From the IMG/VR virus record IMGVR_UViG_3300012952_000063, positions 1 through 32,805 of that record: a DNA stretch of 32,805 nucleotides; one strand, written 5' to 3'. How positions within the stretch are numbered: position 1 is the first letter of the stretch; each line of letters starts with the position of its first letter. Shown here piece by piece: positions 16,404-27,500 of this stretch. The notes beneath the pieces were generated by a model that was not told the DNA's origin, did not search any database, and saw nothing but the letters and a program-made list of their open reading frames with translations. Both the position numbers and the translations under genes were made by a program. Source of the stretch: a virus. Taxonomy: Duplodnaviria; Caudoviricetes.

Positions 16404-16599
16404 TGCATTTTTCCAAAACTTGTGTCATCATTATCTTCAATTGTGAGACTTCTGACTTTAATTGTTGTATCTCATTGTTCTTTGTTTGCATAATTGTTTT
16501 TCTTCGTTTATACAAAGTATATGCATCCTTATCAGTATTTATAACTGCTTTCGAATATTCATCTTTTATAAGATGGTCTTTTCCTTTAATCTTAGGCAA
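16387..16599 (-). CDS. Small conserved hypothetical protein with a C-terminal coiled coil
   Basis: L.KD..SKAVINTD..AY..Y...K pattern, as found after VrlC-like genes in T4-like phages. TTG start; overlaps both neighbours. Confidence 0.7.
   Translation of the reverse strand: MPKIKGKDHLIKDEYSKAVINTDKDAYTLYKRRKTIMQTKNNEIQQLKSEVSQLKIMMTQVLEKCNGKEC
16536..16543 (-). promoter_or_regulatory. Possible intragenic T4 late promoter TATAAATA
   Basis: Exact consensus inside the 70-aa gene, about 133 nt upstream of the 838-aa fibre start. Confidence 0.45.
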
Positions 16600-19500
16600 G
16601 TGCTAGTCCTCTAAATGCTCTAATAGCACATGGTTTAGTTGTGTCTTTAGATTTCATTACAATCTTGACTGCAAATCCTAAGAACTCTTCTAAGTTATCT
16701 GCATCATACTCGTATGACCTAAACTTACTTGAGTCTGCATCTGGAACATTATCTGTACCAAATTCAGTCCAACCAAGTTCTTCTGTTGGTAGAGTATTGT
16801 CTGCTTTAAGTAGTTTAAAATATGTTTTAATATCACCATCTGCAATACCAGCTGGTCTAAATCCATCAAAGATAACTTTTAATTGTGTTGCTGGGTTTTC
16901 TAACTGTACTAATCTTGTACAATAAACTGCAGCGTTATTATCACCTTCTGGTTCTGTAGGTGCAACAAAAGTTGAATTAGTTGCAAGGTCACTAGAAGAA
17001 GATACTGAGTCAATTCTATTCATAATAGTATTTGAACCAATAGAACCTATATCTACAGCTGGTGATACAAAATCAGAAGTTGATGTCATATCAAGTTCTA
17101 ATCTAAATGATTTTGCAGAACCCATTTCATTTGTTTCGTTAACATCAGATGCAACTATACCAGATGTGACCATAAAGTTATTATCATTTAAGACTATTGT
17201 CTCACTTGCATTTGCAAGTGAATAACTATTTCCTGTACCCTGTGGTTGGTTTGTACTTGTCTTAAATAGTTCTGCACTTATATTTGTTTTAGGATAAACT
17301 ACATTAGGTACTAAAGTATGTACTACATCAAAGTACATATTTTCTGTTGCAAAGACACTTCTACCACCACCACTTGCATTTTCTGTACCACCTAAGTGGT
17401 CTCCTAGAGTCACATTTATTTCATATGAATCTAAATCAAATGATTGTATTGCAGTGTGAGTTGTATTAATCTTACTGATTGGTATTCCACCCAATGTATT
17501 TTCAATAGATGCAACTGTAATTGTTGCAAAAGTTGTTGCACCAGAACCACCGACTGAACTTTGTGGAATTGTAATAGTTTCATTAGCTGCAAAGTTGAAG
17601 CCAGGGTTGTTAATTTTTATTTGACTTATGTTTGTATTAGTATCCAATGTAATATTAAATGTTGCACCAGAACCATTTCCACTTGCAGTACCACTTACAC
17701 CTGTGTAACTTCCTGTTGCACCAGTTCCAGTTACATTTGATGTAACTGATTTAATACCATTATCTTTATCACCCTCAATACCAGAAAGTGTTACATTTGA
17801 ATCTCCATCGTACATACCATGTGACATATGTTGTACTTTTATTCTATCTCTGTCACCTGTTCCAATAACTGTAATTGGGTTAGGGTCTAATTTTTTACTT
17901 GGTAATACTTTATTTTCTAGAACTACTTTACCAGATGTTGAACTAAACTTACATCTGTTGATATTAAATTTCAAGTCTTGTAATTGTTCTGGAGACCAAG
18001 TTGAACTATTTTGTGATTTAAATAATACACCTGCGTATGGTTGTCTATCGATTGGTTCTTTTGTATGAACATCGAAATCACCCATTTGACCAACCCAAGT
18101 TAGATATGCATTTGAGTTTGACTCAAGTACAAAACAGTATTCTGTATTTGGATTTAGATATACTGGTGCTGGGAAAGTAAATTTAGTAGCTACTTGTGCA
18201 TTTGAACTTGTTGTAATTTCACTTGGATATAATGTCTTCTCTGCAAAAGGTAATACTTTCTGAGTTGGTGAACCATTTAACATTTGTCTAATAGAACATG
18301 TTACTGGTAATCCACCACCATCTTTTGCACTAAAGAATACTTCGATTGAGTTTATAAACATACCTTCTTCTTTTTCTACAAGGAATGATTGTGCAAGTGG
18401 GTCAACCCATCTTGTTGTGGTTGATATAGTAGTGATTGAACCTGCTCTTGCTTCGTTTACTGATTCCTGTGTAACTCTACCATTTCTTGTAGAGATAACT
18501 TCTGTTTGTGTAGAAGTCAATGAACCATTTGCCATAAAGTTTGTAAATGCAGATGTAGTTGACAATGCACTGTCGACTGTATCAGTATCAGTAACTTTAA
18601 GAGTTCTAATACCAGTTTCGAATCTTAGTGTATCATCATTCGGTACTGTAAAGACTGCACTTAGTTTACCTTGGTTATCAGTTTTAAGTTTTGTTCCTTT
18701 AGATGTTCCACCACCTACACCATAAGTTCCAGATGAAGGAGTACAATGTGCATTTACATTAATGTTATCAAAGAATACATTCAATGCAGTATTTGGTTTT
18801 AATAATTCACCAGACATTGTTATGTCGATTGTTCTCATGAAATTAATTGCAGATACACCGACTACTCTATCGTTTCTTGTTTCTACAATATCTTCAACAA
18901 CATTGGTTACAATACCAGTTCTGTTTTGTCTTGTTGGTATAGTTCTTATTTGTGTACTACGAATTCCAATTCTACCTCTACCAACATTTCTATTTCTTCT
19001 TCTTCTAATTCTTCTTGCACCTCTGACAAATTCAAACTCTTGAGGTTCAGTTCCAAACAGTCTTCCTCTAACTCTTCCGCCAGGAATAGTTCTAATTCTT
19101 GGAACACCTGCCCATGTTTGTTGCCAATCATTCCATACTGTACCAACTCGAACACCAGCTAATACTGCATCAAAGTTTCCTTCTTGTTCGGTTGTAATAC
19201 TTGGTAGTTGTTCCATGTCATGCCAGACATCCTTGTCTGGACTTAGTTCCATTCTTCCTACAAAGTTTGCAACATCATATGGGTTAACATTCACTTGTTG
19301 TGATGCCTTATTAGAAGTAATAATAGCTTCTTCTGTAAATGGTAATGTAAGTAAATCACCACTCTTAGTAATGTTAGATGATATACCATTATTAAATTGC
19401 ATATCAAAATAATTTGTTCTATGTGAAGGTCTACACATTCCTTCTTTTTGGTCTATTGAAACACCATAATCTGGATGGAATACATCTCCAACTCCATGAC

Positions 19501-22500
19501 CTTTAAATGGGTCTACAACGAATCCAGATTTAAATCTATCAAATCCTTCATCATCTAAAACCTGTAGTGTTTCTGTTTTTTCTTCCAACATAGATAGTGA
19601 CACTGCTGTTTCTAATTGTGTTAATCTTTGTTGTATACCATCAATATCTCTCATGGTATATCTTCTATGTTGTATTAAACTTGTTTGTATTTCACCTACA
19701 TCTGGAGTAAATGCTGGTATATCTATTTCTGCAATCTCAATTGCATTGTCAACTTTTGAACCTTTCTTAGGATTTTCTGATGGTTCACCTGTTACTGTTA
19801 TAAACTCTCCCTGTGAAGATAAGAATAATCTATCCATTCTTCCAAGATAATGGTCATAATCTACTGTAATGTTTGAACCAATCTTTGCAAGGTCTGTAGG
19901 GAAAGAACCATTTCCTTCGAATGCAGTTGCACTATATGAGAATGGATATGAACTTATTGAAGATATATTTTGTGGATTAGATACATCTGCAGCTGGTTGA
20001 TTAGTTAGTTGTCTAGCTGCAATTGGTCTATAGTCAATTGAATCTGCAAGTTGGAAATCACCATCTGCATCAAAGGATGCACTTGGGTCAAACCTGTCTG
20101 CTGTATAGTTAGGTATTTCTTGGAATGCCATAGTACCATATGAGTTACCAGTAAATACATTACCAGAACCAGAATGTGTAAAGAAGTCCATTACAATCAT
20201 TAATGGATTGTTTGGTGAAGGAGCTCCTGCTTTCCTAGTGATTTTTGATACATCATAAAATGCATCTCTTTGACCATCATCAAATATAAAGTTATCTGTA
20301 ATTTCTTTTGAACCATTTGATAGATTACTAATTGTTCCAGATTTTTCTGAACCATCTGTAAAGGTTATGCCTTCACCACTCTGGAATTTTCCAGAACCTT
20401 CTTTATAATAGAAGTAAACAGTATTGGAATCATTTTCAATTACAATACCTCTTGCATTAGAAACACTACCAACAACCTCTGTTCCATTTGTAGATAATGC
20501 ATTACTTCCAGCATCTGCTGTATAAGTAAATGATGGTGGTACTGGGTCTGTTGATGCAGTTGCACCACCAGATGATACTGCATTACCACCTTCGAATATT
20601 CCTCTTATTGCATATACATCTGCAACACCTAATGTGATATCTCTGTGTTGATAGGATTGTCCATAAACTGAGGTTGAGTTTGCAGTATTGACTGTAACTG
20701 TTGAACCTTTTACTAATGTTTTAGATGCTTCTGTTACTGAACCTCTTTGTACTGTAACAATAACTTTAAAGTTTGTACTATTGACACCTGTACTAATTTG
20801 TACTGAACCACTGTTTGCACCATTAGAGATTGATACATCACTAGATGATAAAGATATTTTTGCACCTGTATCACTTCTTGATGCATGATAATCATCTTCA
20901 CTAAATGCAACGAATGTACCATCTGTAGATGTTATTGTACATACACCTGTACCACTTGATTGTACAATTACTTGTCTTCTTACTACTTCTGTTTCGATTG
21001 AAATATCTTTAATACCAGAGTTAGGTAATCCAGAAATTGCAACTGTTTGGTCTGGGTTATAGAACTGAGCTCTTTGTCTTACTACTGTACCATTAAAGTC
21101 TGCTGTTAAATCAGTGACTACTGCTGTATCATTATCTGTTACAGATACTACATTTGCAGTAGTACCATCTGGGAATAATAGTTTGTCCCCTTCGATTAAT
21201 TCAGAAGTAAATTTAGATGCAACACCTGTGATTGTATCGTCTGCACTATTTCCATCGGCAGTACCAAATGCACTACCTGTTAATGTAAAGTTGTTTTCTA
21301 ATAAAACATCTGCACCAAATTCTTGGAATACACCTGTTCCTCTGTCTTGATGTATTCTTCTTATTCTACCAATGTCGAATATTCTTATTGCACTTACAGC
21401 TACACCACCAGATGAATTTTGAATCTTTCTTACTACATCACTAGTATTGAATTGTCCTACAACACTATGTAATCTAACTGTTGTTCCACTTGATACTGCC
21501 TCTGCAACAATACCTGTTGCACCAGAAACAGAACCTATAATTTTTTGTCCTTTTGCAAATGTTACTGATGCAGTTGTTAATTTGGTAAACATCTGGACAT
21601 CAAATAAATGCAATGCATCACTTGACGAGTCAAATTGTTCGTATGCTCTTACTCTTGCAAAACCAATTTTTTCTCCACCACCATCATCACTTGCAACTGA
21701 ACCTTTTGCAGTAGACATAAGGTTTACTTCTGAAAATGCATTTAAATCACCAGCATCACCAATGTCTGGTAAACCATATACATTGTTAACTTTTAAGAAG
21801 TTACCAATTCTAAATGCAGATGCAACATTATCTTTTGATGATGTTGTTCTTGCTTTATCGAATGTTAAAAATGTTGGAGTTTGTTTATCTACTTCAAATC
21901 CTCTTACATAAGATTTACCAGCAGATATTACTGCAACAAATTTAGATTCATCACCTCTAGGAGTTGATGTTGAAGTAAACACACCATTGTTTGATAAGTT
22001 GTTTAGATGTTCTCTAAATCCTAGAGTGAAAGGTTGTAGTGTGTAATCTCCAGATTCATCAAATGTTCTTCTTGCAAGAGTTTCTTGGATTCTATTATAT
22101 TCTGTAATCTCTTGTTTTCTTACTACATCACCAGAAGCTAATCTCATCAATTCGATAAAGTCTGTTGAATCGGTTGCAGTTAAAGATTTCTTTGCAAGAA
22201 CTAATTGTACTTTAAGTCTGTCAGCACCTGGCGCATTCTCGTTTGATGACCCCTGTGCATTATCAAGTAATGTACCATCTTCTGTATATGTTGTAAATGT
22301 TTCTGCAATATCTACACCAACTTTGTATGATGGAGTATTAGAATATTTTTCTAAAATAATTGTTTGTGCTGGAACTTGTACAAACATACCTCTGGTATAA
22401 ATGATACCTTCGGATATACTTGCAGCTGAACCTGCCATTGACCCTACATTTATAGAGCCAGGAATTGATAAAACTTTAAATTGGTTATTTGATGATACAG

Positions 22501-23002
22501 AAGTATATCCACCAAGACCATCTGAGTCTTGAGTTACTTCGTCTAGTGTTTCACCATCTTGGAATTCTGTATAGAATGTAGAACCAGAATTACCTGTTGC
22601 TTGATACTTAACATGAAGTGTTAATGCATCTTCTGTAGTTTTTATACTTGAATTTACAATCTTACCTACAACACCAGAGGTTAAACCTTTAAAAAATTTA
22701 CCTACTGATTCTGTACGAAAAGATTCAGTGGCAGACACACCACTTCCATTTGGATTTGTATCTTCAACCCTTACTCCAAAGTATTGATTGTCATAGTTAG
22801 TTCTTGCACCAAGGATGATTGCACCTTCCTTGAACATATGTGAACCAAATCTTTCAATTTGATTTTGAAGTATTGATTGTAATTGTGTTAGTTCCCTAGC
22901 CTGTATCGCTGCAGATGGTTTGAAGAGGATTCGATGAAAACTCTTATCCTCTGCAAAATCATCATAATAAGGACTAACATTTAGGTCTGTTTTTTGAGCC
23001 AC
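16592..23002 (-). CDS. Large virion structural protein, VrlC/DUF4815-like (2136 aa)
   Basis: N-terminal TDLNVSPYYDDF..K.FHRILFKP..AIQARELTQLQSILQNQIERFG, then NAPGADRLK, LARRTFDESGDY, RRYTMRDI, DRFKSGFVVDPF and DPLAQSF. GTG start directly downstream of gp8. Confidence 0.9.
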   Translation of the reverse strand: MAQKTDLNVSPYYDDFAEDKSFHRILFKPSAAIQARELTQLQSILQNQIERFGSHMFKEGAIILGARTNYDNQYFGVRVEDTNPNGSGVSATESFRTESVGKFFKGLTSGVVGKIVNSSIKTTEDALTLHVKYQATGNSGSTFYTEFQDGETLDEVTQDSDGLGGYTSVSSNNQFKVLSIPGSINVGSMAGSAASISEGIIYTRGMFVQVPAQTIILEKYSNTPSYKVGVDIAETFTTYTEDGTLLDNAQGSSNENAPGADRLKVQLVLAKKSLTATDSTDFIELMRLASGDVVRKQEITEYNRIQETLARRTFDESGDYTLQPFTLGFREHLNNLSNNGVFTSTSTPRGDESKFVAVISAGKSYVRGFEVDKQTPTFLTFDKARTTSSKDNVASAFRIGNFLKVNNVYGLPDIGDAGDLNAFSEVNLMSTAKGSVASDDGGGEKIGFARVRAYEQFDSSSDALHLFDVQMFTKLTTASVTFAKGQKIIGSVSGATGIVAEAVSSGTTVRLHSVVGQFNTSDVVRKIQNSSGGVAVSAIRIFDIGRIRRIHQDRGTGVFQEFGADVLLENNFTLTGSAFGTADGNSADDTITGVASKFTSELIEGDKLLFPDGTTANVVSVTDNDTAVVTDLTADFNGTVVRQRAQFYNPDQTVAISGLPNSGIKDISIETEVVRRQVIVQSSGTGVCTITSTDGTFVAFSEDDYHASRSDTGAKISLSSSDVSISNGANSGSVQISTGVNSTNFKVIVTVQRGSVTEASKTLVKGSTVTVNTANSTSVYGQSYQHRDITLGVADVYAIRGIFEGGNAVSSGGATASTDPVPPSFTYTADAGSNALSTNGTEVVGSVSNARGIVIENDSNTVYFYYKEGSGKFQSGEGITFTDGSEKSGTISNLSNGSKEITDNFIFDDGQRDAFYDVSKITRKAGAPSPNNPLMIVMDFFTHSGSGNVFTGNSYGTMAFQEIPNYTADRFDPSASFDADGDFQLADSIDYRPIAARQLTNQPAADVSNPQNISSISSYPFSYSATAFEGNGSFPTDLAKIGSNITVDYDHYLGRMDRLFLSSQGEFITVTGEPSENPKKGSKVDNAIEIAEIDIPAFTPDVGEIQTSLIQHRRYTMRDIDGIQQRLTQLETAVSLSMLEEKTETLQVLDDEGFDRFKSGFVVDPFKGHGVGDVFHPDYGVSIDQKEGMCRPSHRTNYFDMQFNNGISSNITKSGDLLTLPFTEEAIITSNKASQQVNVNPYDVANFVGRMELSPDKDVWHDMEQLPSITTEQEGNFDAVLAGVRVGTVWNDWQQTWAGVPRIRTIPGGRVRGRLFGTEPQEFEFVRGARRIRRRRNRNVGRGRIGIRSTQIRTIPTRQNRTGIVTNVVEDIVETRNDRVVGVSAINFMRTIDITMSGELLKPNTALNVFFDNINVNAHCTPSSGTYGVGGGTSKGTKLKTDNQGKLSAVFTVPNDDTLRFETGIRTLKVTDTDTVDSALSTTSAFTNFMANGSLTSTQTEVISTRNGRVTQESVNEARAGSITTISTTTRWVDPLAQSFLVEKEEGMFINSIEVFFSAKDGGGLPVTCSIRQMLNGSPTQKVLPFAEKTLYPSEITTSSNAQVATKFTFPAPVYLNPNTEYCFVLESNSNAYLTWVGQMGDFDVHTKEPIDRQPYAGVLFKSQNSSTWSPEQLQDLKFNINRCKFSSTSGKVVLENKVLPSKKLDPNPITVIGTGDRDRIKVQHMSHGMYDGDSNVTLSGIEGDKDNGIKSVTSNVTGTGATGSYTGVSGTASGNGSGATFNITLDTNTNISQIKINNPGFNFAANETITIPQSSVGGSGATTFATITVASIENTLGGIPISKINTTHTAIQSFDLDSYEINVTLGDHLGGTENASGGGRSVFATENMYFDVVHTLVPNVVYPKTNISAELFKTSTNQPQGTGNSYSLANASETIVLNDNNFMVTSGIVASDVNETNEMGSAKSFRLELDMTSTSDFVSPAVDIGSIGSNTIMNRIDSVSSSSDLATNSTFVAPTEPEGDNNAAVYCTRLVQLENPATQLKVIFDGFRPAGIADGDIKTYFKLLKADNTLPTEELGWTEFGTDNVPDADSSKFRSYEYDADNLEEFLGFAVKIVMKSKDTTKPCAIRAFRGLALA

Positions 23003-23013
23003 TGTTAGTTATC

Positions 23014-24450
23014 CTACATTTCTATAATTAGTTTTATATCCTCAATCTGGTCGGCTGCCCTTGCAACTGCACCACGATTCTCTAAGTAAACAATATCACC
23101 AGAGTTTCTTTGAACTTCTGGATATGCTGAACTTACACCACCACTTGCAAGAATAGTTCCTTTTTGTGTACTTCCTACAAAAACACCATTACTATTTGCA
23201 AATGAATTAAAGTTTCCAACTGAATCTACACTTGGTAAGTAATAAACATATCTGTTAGTTGAATCTACAGATACTACTTTACCTGTTGCAGTTCCAGAAG
23301 TAATTGAAGATGCATTTGCAATTGTGTCATCTACTGCTGGCATTGTTGCACCAGTAGCTAATGTAATTCTATTTAATGCACTTAATGTTGTTGCACTTGA
23401 AAGTGTGTTACCACCAGCATTAGTTGGGTTTACAATTAAACCTATTTGTCTAAAATCGTTATCTGTTGGGAAGTCACCAGAACCCTCTGCATATTCTAAT
23501 CGAGAGTTAACGATGACATAGTTTCCACCTAGTTCTTCTACTGCATCTGAACCATGTCCATTTTTAGGACTGACTATTACATCAAAAGATGCACCTGTTC
23601 CAGATGAACTTGTTGCAGTTCTTAATAAACTATTATCAATACTTACAACTGAGTATCCAGAACCTACTGCATTTACTGTTACTGCTGTGATAGCACCAGA
23701 TGATACTGTTACTTGTAGTTGTCCACTTGTACCATCTCCACTTACTGCAACATTATATGTTCCATTTGCACCATAACTAGAACCACCTGCTGTGACTCTT
23801 GCATGTTCAATAGTACCATCTGTTGCACCATTCTCTACATCCCATTGTGCAGAGTTATCATCTGCAGCTGCAGTTCCTAGTCCACCAACTTCTCCTTCAA
23901 CTCCTGCTTTTGCACCAATAGTTTTTACTGGTATAAAATCAGATGTTACAAATTTAATAACATCTGATGCAGAGATAGAATACATAAATTTCCATTTGTA
24001 TCCATCTGCTGTTGTTAAGATATTAGTTGAAGTACCTGTAGGCATTACTGTTGAATTTGCACCATTGTTATTTGAGATTACTTTATATACATGGTAATCA
24101 CTGGTGACAACATAGAATGTTGATGCCCATAGTGTTGATGCACCACTGTTTGCAGTGTTGCTTGAAGTATAGTTATGACGATACTCGTCATATACTGTGC
24201 CTGATGTCCAGTCTCTTCGGATAATGGCATGACTCACATCTGTAGCGGACACTTTTTTAAGTGCAGTCATATTTGCATATGCATCATACTCATCGTTTAG
24301 AGAGTCTACTGGAGTCGGCGGGTTTGAATCATCTGTCCACGATAAAGGTCTTCCAATAAACATATACATTGCATTACCAGACTCGGTTGCACTTTGTTTG
24401 AATTCCTTTGCATTGTGGAGACGAAATTTTTCGGTAATTATCGCTGCCAT
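23014..24450 (-). CDS. gp8: Baseplate wedge subunit gp8
   Basis: MAAIITEKFRL.NA, YMFIGRP..W, RRDWTSGTVYD.Y, FYVVTSDY.VYKVISN, DGYKWKFMY, PKNGHG and C-terminal GDIVYLENR....RA.DQIEDIKLIIE. Synteny after gp7. Confidence 0.9.
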   Translation of the reverse strand: MAAIITEKFRLHNAKEFKQSATESGNAMYMFIGRPLSWTDDSNPPTPVDSLNDEYDAYANMTALKKVSATDVSHAIIRRDWTSGTVYDEYRHNYTSSNTANSGASTLWASTFYVVTSDYHVYKVISNNNGANSTVMPTGTSTNILTTADGYKWKFMYSISASDVIKFVTSDFIPVKTIGAKAGVEGEVGGLGTAAADDNSAQWDVENGATDGTIEHARVTAGGSSYGANGTYNVAVSGDGTSGQLQVTVSSGAITAVTVNAVGSGYSVVSIDNSLLRTATSSSGTGASFDVIVSPKNGHGSDAVEELGGNYVIVNSRLEYAEGSGDFPTDNDFRQIGLIVNPTNAGGNTLSSATTLSALNRITLATGATMPAVDDTIANASSITSGTATGKVVSVDSTNRYVYYLPSVDSVGNFNSFANSNGVFVGSTQKGTILASGGVSSAYPEVQRNSGDIVYLENRGAVARAADQIEDIKLIIEM

Positions 24451-24490
24451 TTTATCCTTTCCTCTAAGTTAAAAATAATTTCTATTAAAG

Positions 24491-24508
24491 TATTTATATG
24501 TATTTATA
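24491..24508 (-). promoter_or_regulatory. Two tandem T4-type late promoters TATAAATA (24491-24498 and 24501-24508)
   Basis: Two exact consensus copies 10 bp apart upstream of gp8; one overlaps the gp7 stop codon. Confidence 0.85.
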
Positions 24509-27500
24509 CACCAGATTGTACAGAAGCTGGGTAATTTAATATCATTGTTCTACCTTTATGTTCCTGTAAGTCTGAAATACTCTGATTTGGATATAAAGTA
24601 CTTATATCACTAATTTTAACACCTTCATATGGTGCTTCTACAAGTAATCTACCTGCTTCACTCTCCATGAGAATATTATCACCATCTTCCTGTGTTATTC
24701 TTTCCTCAAACTTAAGTGTTTGAGAGAAACCTATTCTTGCAAGGTCACCTAGTGTTGGGCCAAGTCTTTCGACTGGTTCACCAAATGATATTGCATTTTC
24801 TTGGATTATTCTACTACCATCTTCGTATACAAGTGTATCTTGTATTTCTGATTTCATAAAGTATGAACCCAAGTTATATGACCTTTCAGTCACAAATCTT
24901 TCATGTTCTTCTATGTCTGTTGCATCTTCTAATGCAAGTCTACTACCATCTTCTAATGTTAGTTCTTCTGTTGGGTCTACAGTCCATTTATCACCAACAT
25001 AATAACGACCATCTGTAGTAGTAACAGAATTATATCTTTCTGGTTCTGGTTCTGCCATCAAGAAACCATGGTCTAATTCTTCTATTAGATATGAACCATC
25101 CTCTGTTATAATAAATTCTTCATCTACATTTGCAACTGAGTTAATAATTTTTGCATCGGATGGAACTTTGTGTCTTTCTCTATTTGATGCAAGGTTATTA
25201 ATTATAGAACCACCAGTTGCACTTTTAATTGTTTCACCCCAATCTAATCCACCCACATATGCAATAGTAGTTGCATTTGCACTACCTCTTAATCCTTGTT
25301 GATTTAAATCTTCTTTACTATCTGCATTTAAGAATGGCCCTGTCTCTTTATCAGTAGATGATGTATCTATCTTTCCTGTATTATGCCAACTTGTATTTCT
25401 TGTTGATACTGGTTGTGAACTTGCAAAGGTTTGTAGTATACTAATATTCTTTCTTTGTTGTCTGTTTGCACCTTCATAGAATTCAGATGCTTTAAAGAAT
25501 GCATTAGGGTCAAGTGTGCCTGGCGGGTCAAAATCATCATTAGGGTCAACTACTTGGTTTTGAGGTGGTGTAACTACTGGAGAGTTATGTCCAATATCAA
25601 CCTTAACTATATTTTCATGTACATGATGTTCTTCTACTGTTATTGCAGTAAAGTGTGTTGTACCACCAGATTCATTTGTAATTCCTTCTGTTGTAAAACT
25701 TCCTACATTTGCACCGAATGAATCTGCACCTTCCCAGACAATAATAAATTTATTGACTGTATCGTGTTCCATAACACGACCTAACTTACCAGAAGTTGCA
25801 CCTTTAACAGTTTGTCCTATTGACAATGCATTATCTAAAGTGTTATAATAGATTCTAGTATGTACATAATGAGGATACATTTCTAATTCTTTGACAACCT
25901 CATGACCATGTGCAGTTACATTTGCACGAATAATCCTATCATACAATCCAACATCTGACTCTGTAATATCTTGACCAACAATAAATGCCTGTCCAGAACC
26001 TTGGTCTGTTTTAGTACTTGCATCTATTACTGTATTAATAATTGCTTTCTTACCAGAAGATTCTCCAATAAGACCATGTATAAATTCTATGTCTGTATCT
26101 GACTGGTCTGTTTTCCAATCACCATGTGTCTCTTTAAACAAACCGAAGACACCTGCTCTTCCACCTTCGGAAGTTAATTGTTTCATTGCAGTATGGTCTG
26201 GTCTAATGGTATCAATAATTATAAATGTTGGGTCTGCAACTAAGTCACCATTTTCATCTCTTTCTCTATCTACAACTCTACCTGTAATTGTTGCAATGTC
26301 TCCACTTTGTGTTTTAAATAAATTTTGTGATACTGTTTCACCTATTGAGAAATCTCTTGCACCACTTGGTGACATATCTGTTGTACTTAAATTTAATCTT
26401 AGTCTATCATCTGCAAGGAATCTTTCGGTTACTACTACACCAGAGTTATCTTCGTAAATTATGTTTTGTTCTTCTGCATAGAATACATCTTCTTCTCCAG
26501 ATGCAACTGTCCCTTCTTCTAGAACAACTTTAGCTGGGTCAATCTTAGAACCAATATAAAGTGTTGGTACAAATGACCTTGTAATTCTATCACCATCAAA
26601 TCCATCATCGTTTGAACCTGTTCTGTATCCTTCTGCACTTCCATCTACACGATTAACAATTGCAACCTCTCCAAAGAAAATCGTACCTGCTGGATTTAAT
26701 AATTGTTGTACAACTGAACGATAGTTATTAATACTCTGACCAACTTTAATTACATATGAAAAGTCTTGATAGAATAATGAATCTTGTATTCTTTGTGATG
26801 TTACAGATGGGAAACCAATATCACTTGTATAGTTACCATCTACTCTACTAATTGAATTATTTTTTGCACCAACTGTTGCTGGGTTACCTTCTAATATCTG
26901 GAATGTTATTCCATCGGATGCAGTTACAGTTTCATTCTTTTTAAACATTCCCTGTATGGGTTCGATAGATATAAGATTTTTATCACCATTTACAATTTTT
27001 ACTGTTCCTGTTGCACTACTAAAGTCACCTGTGATTGTAGTATCGACTACTGGGATACCAGATGCTCTACCATAAATAAAGTGATGTCTAAAGTCTGGGA
27101 TACCAGATGATTTATCAAAATGATTTCCTTCTTCTATAACTCTTAGTTGTCCTACTGTACCAATGTTATTACCATAAGGTAAAAGTTTTGCACCCACACC
27201 TCTAGTAAAACTACTTTGTTTAATTACTGCAATACCACCAGACTGTTGTCCTGTAATCGTATTACCTACTGTAAATGTGGTAGTATCTGTTGTACCTTGT
27301 AGTTTAGCAATGATAAGTTTGTTTGCACCTTTGTCGTGGTCAACTAATCTACCTGTTGTAGTTCCAGATGTAACTGTTTCTCCAATTGTAAATAAATCAA
27401 CAAGACCTTCATCTTCATAGAATACTTCACCACCCACAAAAGCTTCTGGAAGTTTTTGATATCCTATACCACTGGTTAACATTCTAACTCTTGATATTGA

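Noticed and set aside
4367-25549. Short alternative-frame - strand ORFs (4367-4573, 4745-4981, 18946-19155, 20734-20922, 25367-25549)
   Set aside because: Nested in larger genes and explained by repeat periodicity or chance; no frameshift signal was identified.
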